In this document: one piece after another, positions 1 through 8,573 of the stretch
Layout of the letters: each line of letters starts with the position of its first letter
Position numbering within the stretch: the first letter of the stretch is position 1
The notes under the pieces: generated by a model
Databases searched by the model: none
What the model was told of the DNA's origin: nothing
The model's input: the letters and a program-made list of their open reading frames with translations, nothing else
DNA from: an uncultured bacterium
GTDB taxonomy: Bacteria > Krumholzibacteriota > Krumholzibacteriia > JACNKJ01
Direction: 5' to 3'
Length of the DNA stretch: 64,000 nucleotides
Assembly: GCA_963695095.1 (NCBI GenBank)
Contig: CAVOFT010000001.1
Span: 1,536,001-1,600,000 of the forward strand
Program-made: the position numbers and the translations under genes

Positions 1-1588
1 TCTGCGCCGGCGCCTGGTGCTGCAGCCGGGCCAGCCCTTCGATCCCGAAGCCCCGTCCATGGATCATTTCCGGATCCTGCGCACGTTGCAGGAGGAGGGC
101 CATTTCGCCGCCCATGTGGAGCACACGATCCAGGTGCTGGAGAGTCCGGCCTACGCCCAGCGGGATTCGGTGGACCTCGAGTACCGGATCGATGTCGGGC
201 CGCCGGCGCGGCTGGCGGCCGTGGCGCTCGAGGGCCTCAGCCTGGACGATGAGCTGGCCTTGCGGGAACTCACGGTGAAGGTCGGCGAGCCGCTGCGGCT
301 GGATCAAATCGTGAAGAGCAAGCAGAACCTGCTCGACAGTGGCTACTTCCGCTCGATCGACTACCGCCTGGAGGCCATGGATCCGAGCGCCGGCCCCCGC
401 CTGCCCGCTGCGGAGGAGGAGCTGCGCCTGGTCTGGGTCTGCCGTGAACGCAAGATGGCCGCGCTGGAGACGGGTGTCGGGCTGGGCTCCATCGATGGTC
501 TGCGCCTGATCGGCGGCTGGAGCCACCGCAATCTCTTCGACCGGGGCCAGCGCGTCGCTCTGAAGGCGAACTTCGCCTTCAGCGAGAATCGCCGCGGACG
601 CTTCGGCCTGGGCTACGAGCACGAATCCCTCGACTGGCGCTTCCTGGACATCGTCCGTCTGCGCGCCCGGCTCGGCCTGCTTCTCTTCCGCGAGCTGGAC
701 TACGAGAGCGAGAGCGGCGCCTTCAGTCTCGAGACGCGGGCGCTGCGCCTGAGCGCCACCCGCCGGCTCGATGCGCACTCGGTGCTCAGCCTGCGCCAGC
801 AATTCGACTTCCTCTACCAGCGCCGCATCGCCGACCTGCCGCTGGAGCCGGTGCCGAGCTACAACACGCGCTCGCTGGGGCTGGTGCTCGATCGCGATAC
901 CCGCGATCACTTCTTCAGTCCGCAGCGGGGCGGCCACGCCTGGCTGAGCTACGAGCTGGCCGGTGGCCTGCAGGGCGGCGATCATCACTTCCAGCGCCTG
1001 CAGCTCAGCGTGGCCCGGCATCACCGCCTGCCGCGAGAGGCCGTCGGCGCCACGCGCCTCGTCCTGGGCGGCGTCTGGCCTTACGGCGAGAGCAGACGGG
1101 GCGGCCAGATCGGCGTGCCGGCCGACGGCGTGCCCTTCCAGGAGCGCTTCTACTGCGGCGGCGGCGCCACCGTGCGCGGCTACGACGAGAACAGCCTCGG
1201 TCCGCGGATCGATCCCACGGCCACGGATCTCTCGGCGGAAGTGCCGGGACAGAGCCTGCCCGACTTCGTCCTGGGCGGCCGCTACCTGCTCGTCGCCAAC
1301 CTGGAGTGGCGGGTGCCCTTGCCGCTCTTCGGGCGCCGTGAGCTGGGCGGCGTCCTCTTTCTCGACGGCGGCGGCACCTGGCTGGATCTCGGCGACATCG
1401 CCGGCAGTCGGGCCCTGCCCTGGCAGCCCGGCGATCGCAATGACACGCGGCGCGTGTTCTACGGACTCGGCGGCGGCCTGCGCTACCTGACGCCCCTGGC
1501 CGTGCTCCGTGTCGATTTCGGCCTGCCCCTGCAGAGCCTCGCCGATCGCGGCGGCCGCTGGCACTTCAGCCTGGGACACACCTTCTGA
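1..1588 (+). CDS. tamA: TamA/BamA-family Omp85 outer-membrane protein (5' end probably outside the window)
   Basis: POTRA-like segment (LLDSGYFRSI), barrel motif ERFYCGGGATVRGY, C-terminal beta-signal WHFSLGHTF; stop overlaps the start of a TamB-like gene (TGATG). Confidence 0.8.
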   Translation, partial: LRRRLVLQPGQPFDPEAPSMDHFRILRTLQEEGHFAAHVEHTIQVLESPAYAQRDSVDLEYRIDVGPPARLAAVALEGLSLDDELALRELTVKVGEPLRLDQIVKSKQNLLDSGYFRSIDYRLEAMDPSAGPRLPAAEEELRLVWVCRERKMAALETGVGLGSIDGLRLIGGWSHRNLFDRGQRVALKANFAFSENRRGRFGLGYEHESLDWRFLDIVRLRARLGLLLFRELDYESESGAFSLETRALRLSATRRLDAHSVLSLRQQFDFLYQRRIADLPLEPVPSYNTRSLGLVLDRDTRDHFFSPQRGGHAWLSYELAGGLQGGDHHFQRLQLSVARHHRLPREAVGATRLVLGGVWPYGESRRGGQIGVPADGVPFQERFYCGGGATVRGYDENSLGPRIDPTATDLSAEVPGQSLPDFVLGGRYLLVANLEWRVPLPLFGRRELGGVLFLDGGGTWLDLGDIAGSRALPWQPGDRNDTRRVFYGLGGGLRYLTPLAVLRVDFGLPLQSLADRGGRWHFSLGHTF

Positions 1589-4500
1589 TGGGCCGCCACC
1601 TGCGCCGCTCCTCGCTCGCCGCCCTGATCCTCTTCGCAGTGATCCTGGTGGCCCTGCTGCTCTACATCCAGCGCAACAACCCCTGGCTGGCCGAACGGGT
1701 CGCCAGCCTGGTCACGCGCAACCTGCTGGCGACGCGGGGCTACAGCCTGCACCTGGAGGGCATCGAGGGCCACTTGCCCGGCGAGATCGTCCTCCACGGC
1801 CTGCGCGTGAGCTACCTGGGCCCGGGGCACGTGCCCTTCGATCTGTTCACGGCCCGCCGCGCCGCGCTGAGCTTCTCGGTGGCCGGGCTCTTGCGGGGCG
1901 ATTTCCTGTCCGAGTCGCTGCGCGTCGAGGAGGCGGTCCTGCGCGCCTACAAGGTGCGCGCGACCGGCTGGGCCTATCCCGGCTTCGACTCGCCGCGCGG
2001 CGGGCGCAGCGAGGTCCAGGTGGCCCTCGACGAGGTGACGCTGGACCGCCTGCTCGTCCTGCGCGAGACGCCGGGCGGCGCCGATACGCTCATCCTCAAG
2101 GGGGCGGCCTGCCGCATCTATCGCACGGCGGAGGGCAGCAGCGTGGATCTCGCCTCGCTGCGCATCGAGCACAGGGACCGACCGCCGGTCGACCTGGCCG
2201 GCCTCTTCCTCCTGCGCGAGGGCGGACAGCTCGGCCTCGCCGGCGTGGATCTCGAGCTGCCCGAATCGCGGCTGAACGTCCGCGGCGAGCTGGGGCTGGC
2301 CGGCCGCATTTCCGCGGATCTCGCCATCACCGCCGCGCCCGCCCGTCTCGGCGAGCTGGCGACGGCCCTCGGCCAGACCCTGGACACCGATAGCCGACTC
2401 GAGGGCCACCTGCAGCTTGCCGGCCCCCTGGATAGCCTGCAGGTTGCCGGCCGGCTCAGCGGCACGCTCTTCGACTACCGGCTCGAGAACGTGGACTGCC
2501 GCGGCCTCTACACGGACGGGCGTCTGCACTTCGCCGCTCTCACCGGCCGCCTCAACGACAACCAGCTCGATGCGGCCGCCGTCTTCACCTTGCCCATCGG
2601 CGGGCGCGAGTTCGGCTGGAGCGCCGACGCCCGCCTCGCGCACCTGGACCTGGCCACCTTCTTCTCCGACAGCCTGTCCTCGGATTTCAGCGGCAATCTG
2701 AACGCCGTGGATCCGGGCAATGCCGCCCGCTTCCGTTTCGCCCTGGGGGCTGGGCGCCTGGACATCTATCCCTTCGGCGCCGCCACCGGCCGGCTCGCGG
2801 TTCGCGGCGACACCCTGATCCTGAGCGAAGTGGAGGTCAGCGATCGCGGCCTGGCAGTCACGCTTGCCGGTCGCATCCTGCCGGAGGAGGCGATGCTCGA
2901 TCTCGAGTTCGTTGCCGTGAGCGACTCGTCGCGCCTGGCCGGCACCTTCGCGGGCGACTCGACCCTGGGCGGGCACGTGGAGCTGGCCGGCCGCTTCGCC
3001 GGGCCCGCGCTGGCGCCGGCCATGGACCTCAGCGGCCGCTTCGCCCGCCTGCGCTACTTCGGCGCCCTGCTCGGTCGCGGCGAGTTCTCCCTGCGCAGCG
3101 ATGCCCTCAATCTCCAGCCCACGCGCATCCATGCCGAGGGCGATTCGCTGGAGCACCTGGGCCTCGCCTTTGCGCGCTACTACCTGGACGCCGAGCTGCT
3201 GGGCGACACCCTGCTTCTCCGCCACGCTTCGCTGGACGGCGCCGAGCTGGCGCTGGATCTCAGCGGGCGCCTGGCGATCGATCCCCGCGAGCCGCGCCTG
3301 CGCCTCGAACGCGCCTGGCTACGCTGGCTGGGGAAGGACTGGTTGAACGAGGGGCCCCTGGAACTCAGCCTCGGTGAGCGGCCCGCTCTGAGCTTGACGC
3401 GCTGGCGCAGTGGCGGCAGCAGCGCGGCCCTGCGCTGGAATCGGCGGGACCAGGGCCCCGACCGCCTCGAGCTGGTGGGCGTACCGCTGGCCCAGCTGGC
3501 GCCCTGGCTGCCGCCCGCTCTGGGCCTGGGCGGGCGCCTGAGCGGCGTGCTCGAGCGCGAGGGGCCGGCGGCCTTTTCATTCAGCGGCCGGCTCGAGCAG
3601 TTCGCGCTGAGCGGCGCGCCAGCGGGGCGCGCCGACTTCGCGCTGCGCTGGCAGGGCGACAGCCTGGCCGTGGACAGCCTGCGCTGGGAGCCCGCACCCG
3701 GTCAGCACCTGCGCCTGGCCGGCAAGCTGGGCGGCCTGCCCTCGGCGGCGGACGGCCCGGCGGCCCTGGCCACGCTGAAACCGGAGGCCCTCGTCGCCGC
3801 GCTGGCGCTCGAGGCCGGGGATTTCCCCCTGGAGCGTCTCAGCCGGCTCTGGCCCGCCAGCGCCGCACTCGCCGGCCGGCTGAGCGGGGGCTTCCGGATC
3901 GAGGGCCCCCTGGCGCAGCCGGCCATCGCCAGCGAGGCGCGTCTGGACAGCGCCCGGGTGGGAGACTTCGCCCTGGATGCCCTGTCCTGGACGGCCACGC
4001 TCGCCGCCGGCGAGCTCGAGGTCACTCGACTGAGCGTCGGGCGCCGGGGCAGCCGCGTGGAGGGCTGGCTGGGCCTGCCGCTGGACCTCGGTCTGGGGCG
4101 CAGGCCGGGCCCGCTGACCGAGGGCGAGCTCAGGGGCAGCCTGCACGTGGACATCGACGCGAGCGATCTCGTCGGCCTCAGCGAGCTCATCGCCGAGCTG
4201 GGGGGCCGCCTGGAGGGGGACCTCAGTCTGGCCGGCACGCCGGGGGCGCCGCGGCCCCAGGGCCGGCTGCGCCTGCGCGACGGCTCTCTGCGCCTGGCCG
4301 GGTGGGAAGAGCGCCTGAGCGCGATCGAGGCCGAGGCCGAGGTCCAGGGGGACACCCTGCGCGTGGTCTCCCTGCGGGCCAAGGAGAGCATCCAGTGGTC
4401 CCGCTACCCGGAGGGGCAGCTGACGGCCAGCGGGTGGCTGACCTGGCGCCAGCCCTTCCGCTACCTGGCCACGGCCCGGCTGTCTCGCTGCGCCTTCGGC

Positions 4501-5424
4501 ACGCTGCCCTTCTTCTCGGGCCTGATCAGCGGCGAGCTGACGATGAGCGCCTGGGAGGCCGAGGACGTGCCGCCGCATCCCTACCTGCGCGGCTCGCTCG
4601 ACGTGCACGAGGGGACCCTGAGCTACGAGTTCCAGGATGTCGTCGAAGCGCCCGGACCGACGGTGGCGCCCGTGCTCAGCTACGATCTCGCCGTGCGCGC
4701 TGAGCAGAAGCTGATGCTGGTGAACAAGGAGGCCGATCTCGAGCTCTCGGGCGAGCTGCGGCTCTCCAGCACGCCGGCCGGCCAGGACGCCAGCGGCGAG
4801 CTGCGTACGCTGCGCGGGAGCTACTTCGTCTTCGGCAATCGCTTCCACCTCGTGCAGGGAGAGCTGGACTTCAGCAGTGCCGCGGACATCAATCCGAAGA
4901 TCGATATCCTCGCCGAGGCCCGCCATCGCGACGACAAGATCCAGATCCACATCACCAACACCTTTGCCGAGCCCGAGATCGAGGTGACCAGCGAGCAGGG
5001 CTACAGCCGCGAGGACGTGCTGCGCATCCTGATGGGCCTGCCCGTGGGCGGCGAGGAAGGCAGCGGCACCGCGGGCACGGCCGTGGCCGGCCGCGTGGAG
5101 GCGGAGTTGCTCAATCGCTTCGAGCGCGTGGTCTCGGATGAGCTCTCCGGGTTGGTGGACTTCGGCCTGGAAAATCGCAATCTTGAGGGGAGCAGCGGCG
5201 ACATCGAGACGCGCTGGCGAATCGGGCGCTATCTGCCGGGCGGTTTCTACATCAGCTACAATCAGGGACTGAGCATGGACACGGATCGCGAGGTAGCCCT
5301 GGAATATCGCCTCTACAACAGGCTCTATCTCCGCTCCGAGGTGGTCAACCGAGGGCGCGGCTTCGCCGACGAAGGACTGGTCAACGAATACAATGTCGAC
5401 ATCCGCTTCCGCTACGAGTACTAG
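1588..5424 (+). CDS. tamB: TamB-family translocation/assembly module protein
   Basis: 1278 aa, N-terminal membrane anchor, repetitive beta-rich body, DUF490-like C-terminus (GSYFVFGNRFHLVQGELDF...NPKIDI...FRYEY); directly follows the Omp85 gene. Confidence 0.8.
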   Translation: MGRHLRRSSLAALILFAVILVALLLYIQRNNPWLAERVASLVTRNLLATRGYSLHLEGIEGHLPGEIVLHGLRVSYLGPGHVPFDLFTARRAALSFSVAGLLRGDFLSESLRVEEAVLRAYKVRATGWAYPGFDSPRGGRSEVQVALDEVTLDRLLVLRETPGGADTLILKGAACRIYRTAEGSSVDLASLRIEHRDRPPVDLAGLFLLREGGQLGLAGVDLELPESRLNVRGELGLAGRISADLAITAAPARLGELATALGQTLDTDSRLEGHLQLAGPLDSLQVAGRLSGTLFDYRLENVDCRGLYTDGRLHFAALTGRLNDNQLDAAAVFTLPIGGREFGWSADARLAHLDLATFFSDSLSSDFSGNLNAVDPGNAARFRFALGAGRLDIYPFGAATGRLAVRGDTLILSEVEVSDRGLAVTLAGRILPEEAMLDLEFVAVSDSSRLAGTFAGDSTLGGHVELAGRFAGPALAPAMDLSGRFARLRYFGALLGRGEFSLRSDALNLQPTRIHAEGDSLEHLGLAFARYYLDAELLGDTLLLRHASLDGAELALDLSGRLAIDPREPRLRLERAWLRWLGKDWLNEGPLELSLGERPALSLTRWRSGGSSAALRWNRRDQGPDRLELVGVPLAQLAPWLPPALGLGGRLSGVLEREGPAAFSFSGRLEQFALSGAPAGRADFALRWQGDSLAVDSLRWEPAPGQHLRLAGKLGGLPSAADGPAALATLKPEALVAALALEAGDFPLERLSRLWPASAALAGRLSGGFRIEGPLAQPAIASEARLDSARVGDFALDALSWTATLAAGELEVTRLSVGRRGSRVEGWLGLPLDLGLGRRPGPLTEGELRGSLHVDIDASDLVGLSELIAELGGRLEGDLSLAGTPGAPRPQGRLRLRDGSLRLAGWEERLSAIEAEAEVQGDTLRVVSLRAKESIQWSRYPEGQLTASGWLTWRQPFRYLATARLSRCAFGTLPFFSGLISGELTMSAWEAEDVPPHPYLRGSLDVHEGTLSYEFQDVVEAPGPTVAPVLSYDLAVRAEQKLMLVNKEADLELSGELRLSSTPAGQDASGELRTLRGSYFVFGNRFHLVQGELDFSSAADINPKIDILAEARHRDDKIQIHITNTFAEPEIEVTSEQGYSREDVLRILMGLPVGGEEGSGTAGTAVAGRVEAELLNRFERVVSDELSGLVDFGLENRNLEGSSGDIETRWRIGRYLPGGFYISYNQGLSMDTDREVALEYRLYNRLYLRSEVVNRGRGFADEGLVNEYNVDIRFRYEY

Positions 5425-5455
5425 CCCGCGGCGCGACGGTGCCAGGAGGTCCGGC

Positions 5456-8400
5456 GTGCCGATGAGCGCGATCCGTACGCGCTGGGCATGGGCGCTCCTG
5501 GTTGCCGTGCTGCTGGGGTCCGGTCCGGCCCAGGCCTATGTCTTCGGCAAGAACAAGGTGCACTACGACAGCTTCGCCTGGCAGGTCTACCACAGCCGCC
5601 ACTTCGACCTCTACTACTACCCCGAGGAGGCCGCGCTCGCCAGCCAGACCGTCCTGCTCGCCGAAGAGGCCTATGCCCGCCTCGCCCAGCGCCTGAACCA
5701 CCAGGTGCGCCAGCGCATCCCGCTCGTGCTCTACAGCTCGCATCCCTCTTTCCAGCAAACCAACGTCAGCCCCGAGTTGATCAGCGAATCGACGGGCGGC
5801 TTCACCGATGTCTACCGCAGCCGCGTCGTGCTGCCCTACACCGGCTCCGTGCCCGACTTCCGGCACGTGGTGGCTCACGAGCTGGTGCACGTCTTCATGC
5901 TCGACATGCTCTTCGGCGGCCGCGGTCCGGAGCACGTGGCCCGCAGCGTGGGGCAGTTCATGATGCCGCCGCTGTGGTTCATCGAGGGCATGGCCGAGTA
6001 CCTGTCGACGGGCTGGGACGCGAGCGCGCAGCTCTTTCTCGAGGACGCCGTGGTGAGCGACTACCTGGCGCCGCTGGACGGCTACGTCGGCGGCTTCCTC
6101 GTCTACAAGGAAGGCCAGGCGGCGATTGCCTATCTCACGGCGCGTTTCGGGGAGGGCATCTTGCCTGAGCTGCTCGGTGAGATGAGCGGCCGCGGCAATC
6201 TGGAGCGCGCCCTGGAGAAGCGCACCGGCATGGAGCTCGAGGATTTCAGCGAGGACTTCCTGCGCGAGACCAAGGCCGAGACCTGGCCGCGCCTGGCTGC
6301 CCGCGGCCGGCCGGGCGACCGTGCCTTCCGCTTGCTCGATCACGAGCAGGCGGGCCGCGCCTTCTTCGTCAATCCCCGCTTTTCGCCCGATGGCAGCCGG
6401 CTCGCCTACTTCGCCGACAATGACGGCGAGGTCAATCTCTACCTGGCCTCCAGTCTGGACGGCAAGGTGCTGCGCAAGCTGGTGACGGGGCATCGCTCGT
6501 CCCGCCTGGAGAGCCTGCATCCCTTCGACACCGGCGTCTCCTTCGATCCCAGCGGCGAGCGGCTGGTCTTCTCCGCCCTGGCGGGGGGCGCCGATGAACT
6601 CGTCATCGTGGCCGCCGCCGATGGCCGCGAGCTGGCGCGTCACCGGCCGGGCCTGGCGAGCCTGCGCGGCCCTGCCTGGTCGCCCGACGGGCGCTTCATC
6701 GCCGTGAGCGGCGTCGCCGGCGGCGTCACCGATCTCTACTTGCTCGATCTGACCAGCGGCCAGTGGCGACGCCTCACCCGGGATCTCGCCGATGAGCAGG
6801 ATCCGGCCTGGCTCGATGGCGGCACGCTGGTCTATGCCCGCCACCCCGAGCTCTTCCCGGGTCTGTTCGAACTCGACAGCACACCGGCGCCGGCGGCCCT
6901 CGACACGACCCTCTATGGCCGGCGGCCGGAGGTCTTCCAGCCCGGCGCCGGCTACGACCTCTGGCGCCTGGCCATCGGCGATGCCGGCGAGGCGGGCCCC
7001 CGCCGCCTGACGGCCACCGCCGGCGACGACCGCAATCCGCTGCCCCTGGCCTCCGGCAGCCTGCTCTTCACCAGCACCGTGGCCGGCCTGGAGGAACTCT
7101 GGCAGCTCGCGGAGGGGGATTCCCTGCCGCGCCGGGTCTATGCGCCGGCGGGCGGCGTCATCGGTCCCAGCTTGAGCGGAGACGGCGCGCGCTTGGCCTT
7201 CGCCTCGCTCGATGGGGGCGGCTACGATGTCTTCGTGCTCGAGGATCTGCCCGGCCTGCTCGCGCAGCCCACACCGGCGCCGCCGGCGGCTCCCGATACG
7301 CTCCGCTACCGGCCCTTCCCGGCCCTGCCCGACTCGAGCGAGTTCGCGGCGGGCCGGGCGCCGGCGCCGCCGGCGCCCGCGGACTCGCTGACGGGCCTGG
7401 GCGGCCCCTATCGCACGCGCTTTCTCGTCGATGCCATGGGCCGGCAGATCACCTACGACACCGTCTACGGCCTCTACGGCAGCAGCGTGATCACCTTCAA
7501 GGATGTGCTCGGCGATCAGGAGATCACGCTGCTGCTGGATGTGTTCGGCAACATCTCGGACTCCAATCTGATGGCCGCCTACGCGCGCCGCACGCGTCGG
7601 CTCAACTGGAGCGCCGGCGCCTACTCCTTCCTGAGCTACTACCAGACCCGCATCGGCAGCTTCGGCGAGTACTTCCCGAGCGATCGGCTGGCGCTCGAGT
7701 GGCGGCGCGGCGGCTTCTTCTCGGCGAGCTATCCCTTCAGCCTCTTCATGCGCCTGGACGCGGACCTCAACCTGCTCTATGCGCGGCGCGAGTACTACGA
7801 GGGCTTCGACCCCTGGGGGCGGCCCATCCCCCTCAGCGACACAACTCGCGATCCAATCGAGAAGCGGCTCCTGGCCCAGCCCAGCCTGTCCCTGGTCTAC
7901 GACGACGCCCTTTTCGACTACCTGGGCCCGGTCAAGGGCAGCCGCTGGGCGCTGAGCGCGGGCTACGCCCACGATCTCGGCCAGGGCGAGCCGGTGGCGC
8001 GCTGGGTGGGCTACGCCGACTGGCGGCGCTACTTTCTCGGTCCCGCCGGCCACAGCCTGGCCCTGCGCTTGAGCGGCCGGGGCAGCGAGGGCGTGGACCC
8101 GATCTACTTCTACCTCGGCGGCCCCTACGATCTGCGCGGCTACGACTATCTCGAGTTCGCGGGCACGCGCAGCGCGCTGGGGAGCCTGGAGTGGCGCTTC
8201 CCCTTCATCAACGCGATCTACCTGGGCGGGCCCCTGCCCTTCGCCTGGGGCGGCATCGGCGGCAGCGTCTTCGCCGATGTCGGCGGCGCCTGGACCGGCG
8301 ACGACTTCCGCGCCTTCGTGCCCGGGGACGCGCCGCGCCTGGCCGATCTGCGCGCGGACTTCGGCTATGGCTTCCGCATCAACCTGGGCGGCTTCCTGCT

Positions 8401-8482
8401 GCTCTGGGACATCGCCTGGCCCACGGATCTGAACCAGCTCGGCGCGCGGCGCAGCCACTTCTCGATCGGCGCTCAGTTCTAG
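5456..8482 (+). CDS. Zinc-peptidase (HExxH) + PD40/TolB-like propeller + Omp85 barrel fusion protein
   Basis: AGGAGG before GTG at 5456; signal peptide; HELVH...WFIEGMAEY gluzincin motif; repeats PRFSPDG and PAWSPDG; barrel motif FYLGGPYDLRGY; terminal HFSIGAQF. Confidence 0.8.
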   Translation: MPMSAIRTRWAWALLVAVLLGSGPAQAYVFGKNKVHYDSFAWQVYHSRHFDLYYYPEEAALASQTVLLAEEAYARLAQRLNHQVRQRIPLVLYSSHPSFQQTNVSPELISESTGGFTDVYRSRVVLPYTGSVPDFRHVVAHELVHVFMLDMLFGGRGPEHVARSVGQFMMPPLWFIEGMAEYLSTGWDASAQLFLEDAVVSDYLAPLDGYVGGFLVYKEGQAAIAYLTARFGEGILPELLGEMSGRGNLERALEKRTGMELEDFSEDFLRETKAETWPRLAARGRPGDRAFRLLDHEQAGRAFFVNPRFSPDGSRLAYFADNDGEVNLYLASSLDGKVLRKLVTGHRSSRLESLHPFDTGVSFDPSGERLVFSALAGGADELVIVAAADGRELARHRPGLASLRGPAWSPDGRFIAVSGVAGGVTDLYLLDLTSGQWRRLTRDLADEQDPAWLDGGTLVYARHPELFPGLFELDSTPAPAALDTTLYGRRPEVFQPGAGYDLWRLAIGDAGEAGPRRLTATAGDDRNPLPLASGSLLFTSTVAGLEELWQLAEGDSLPRRVYAPAGGVIGPSLSGDGARLAFASLDGGGYDVFVLEDLPGLLAQPTPAPPAAPDTLRYRPFPALPDSSEFAAGRAPAPPAPADSLTGLGGPYRTRFLVDAMGRQITYDTVYGLYGSSVITFKDVLGDQEITLLLDVFGNISDSNLMAAYARRTRRLNWSAGAYSFLSYYQTRIGSFGEYFPSDRLALEWRRGGFFSASYPFSLFMRLDADLNLLYARREYYEGFDPWGRPIPLSDTTRDPIEKRLLAQPSLSLVYDDALFDYLGPVKGSRWALSAGYAHDLGQGEPVARWVGYADWRRYFLGPAGHSLALRLSGRGSEGVDPIYFYLGGPYDLRGYDYLEFAGTRSALGSLEWRFPFINAIYLGGPLPFAWGGIGGSVFADVGGAWTGDDFRAFVPGDAPRLADLRADFGYGFRINLGGFLLLWDIAWPTDLNQLGARRSHFSIGAQF

Positions 8483-8573
8483 GGGGCGCGGGAAAAAGCC
8501 CTTCCCCGCGGCGGCGGCGATCCGTATTGTGGCGGCGATCCCCGTCGCCCGCAGCCCCTGCCCTGGAGTGCCC

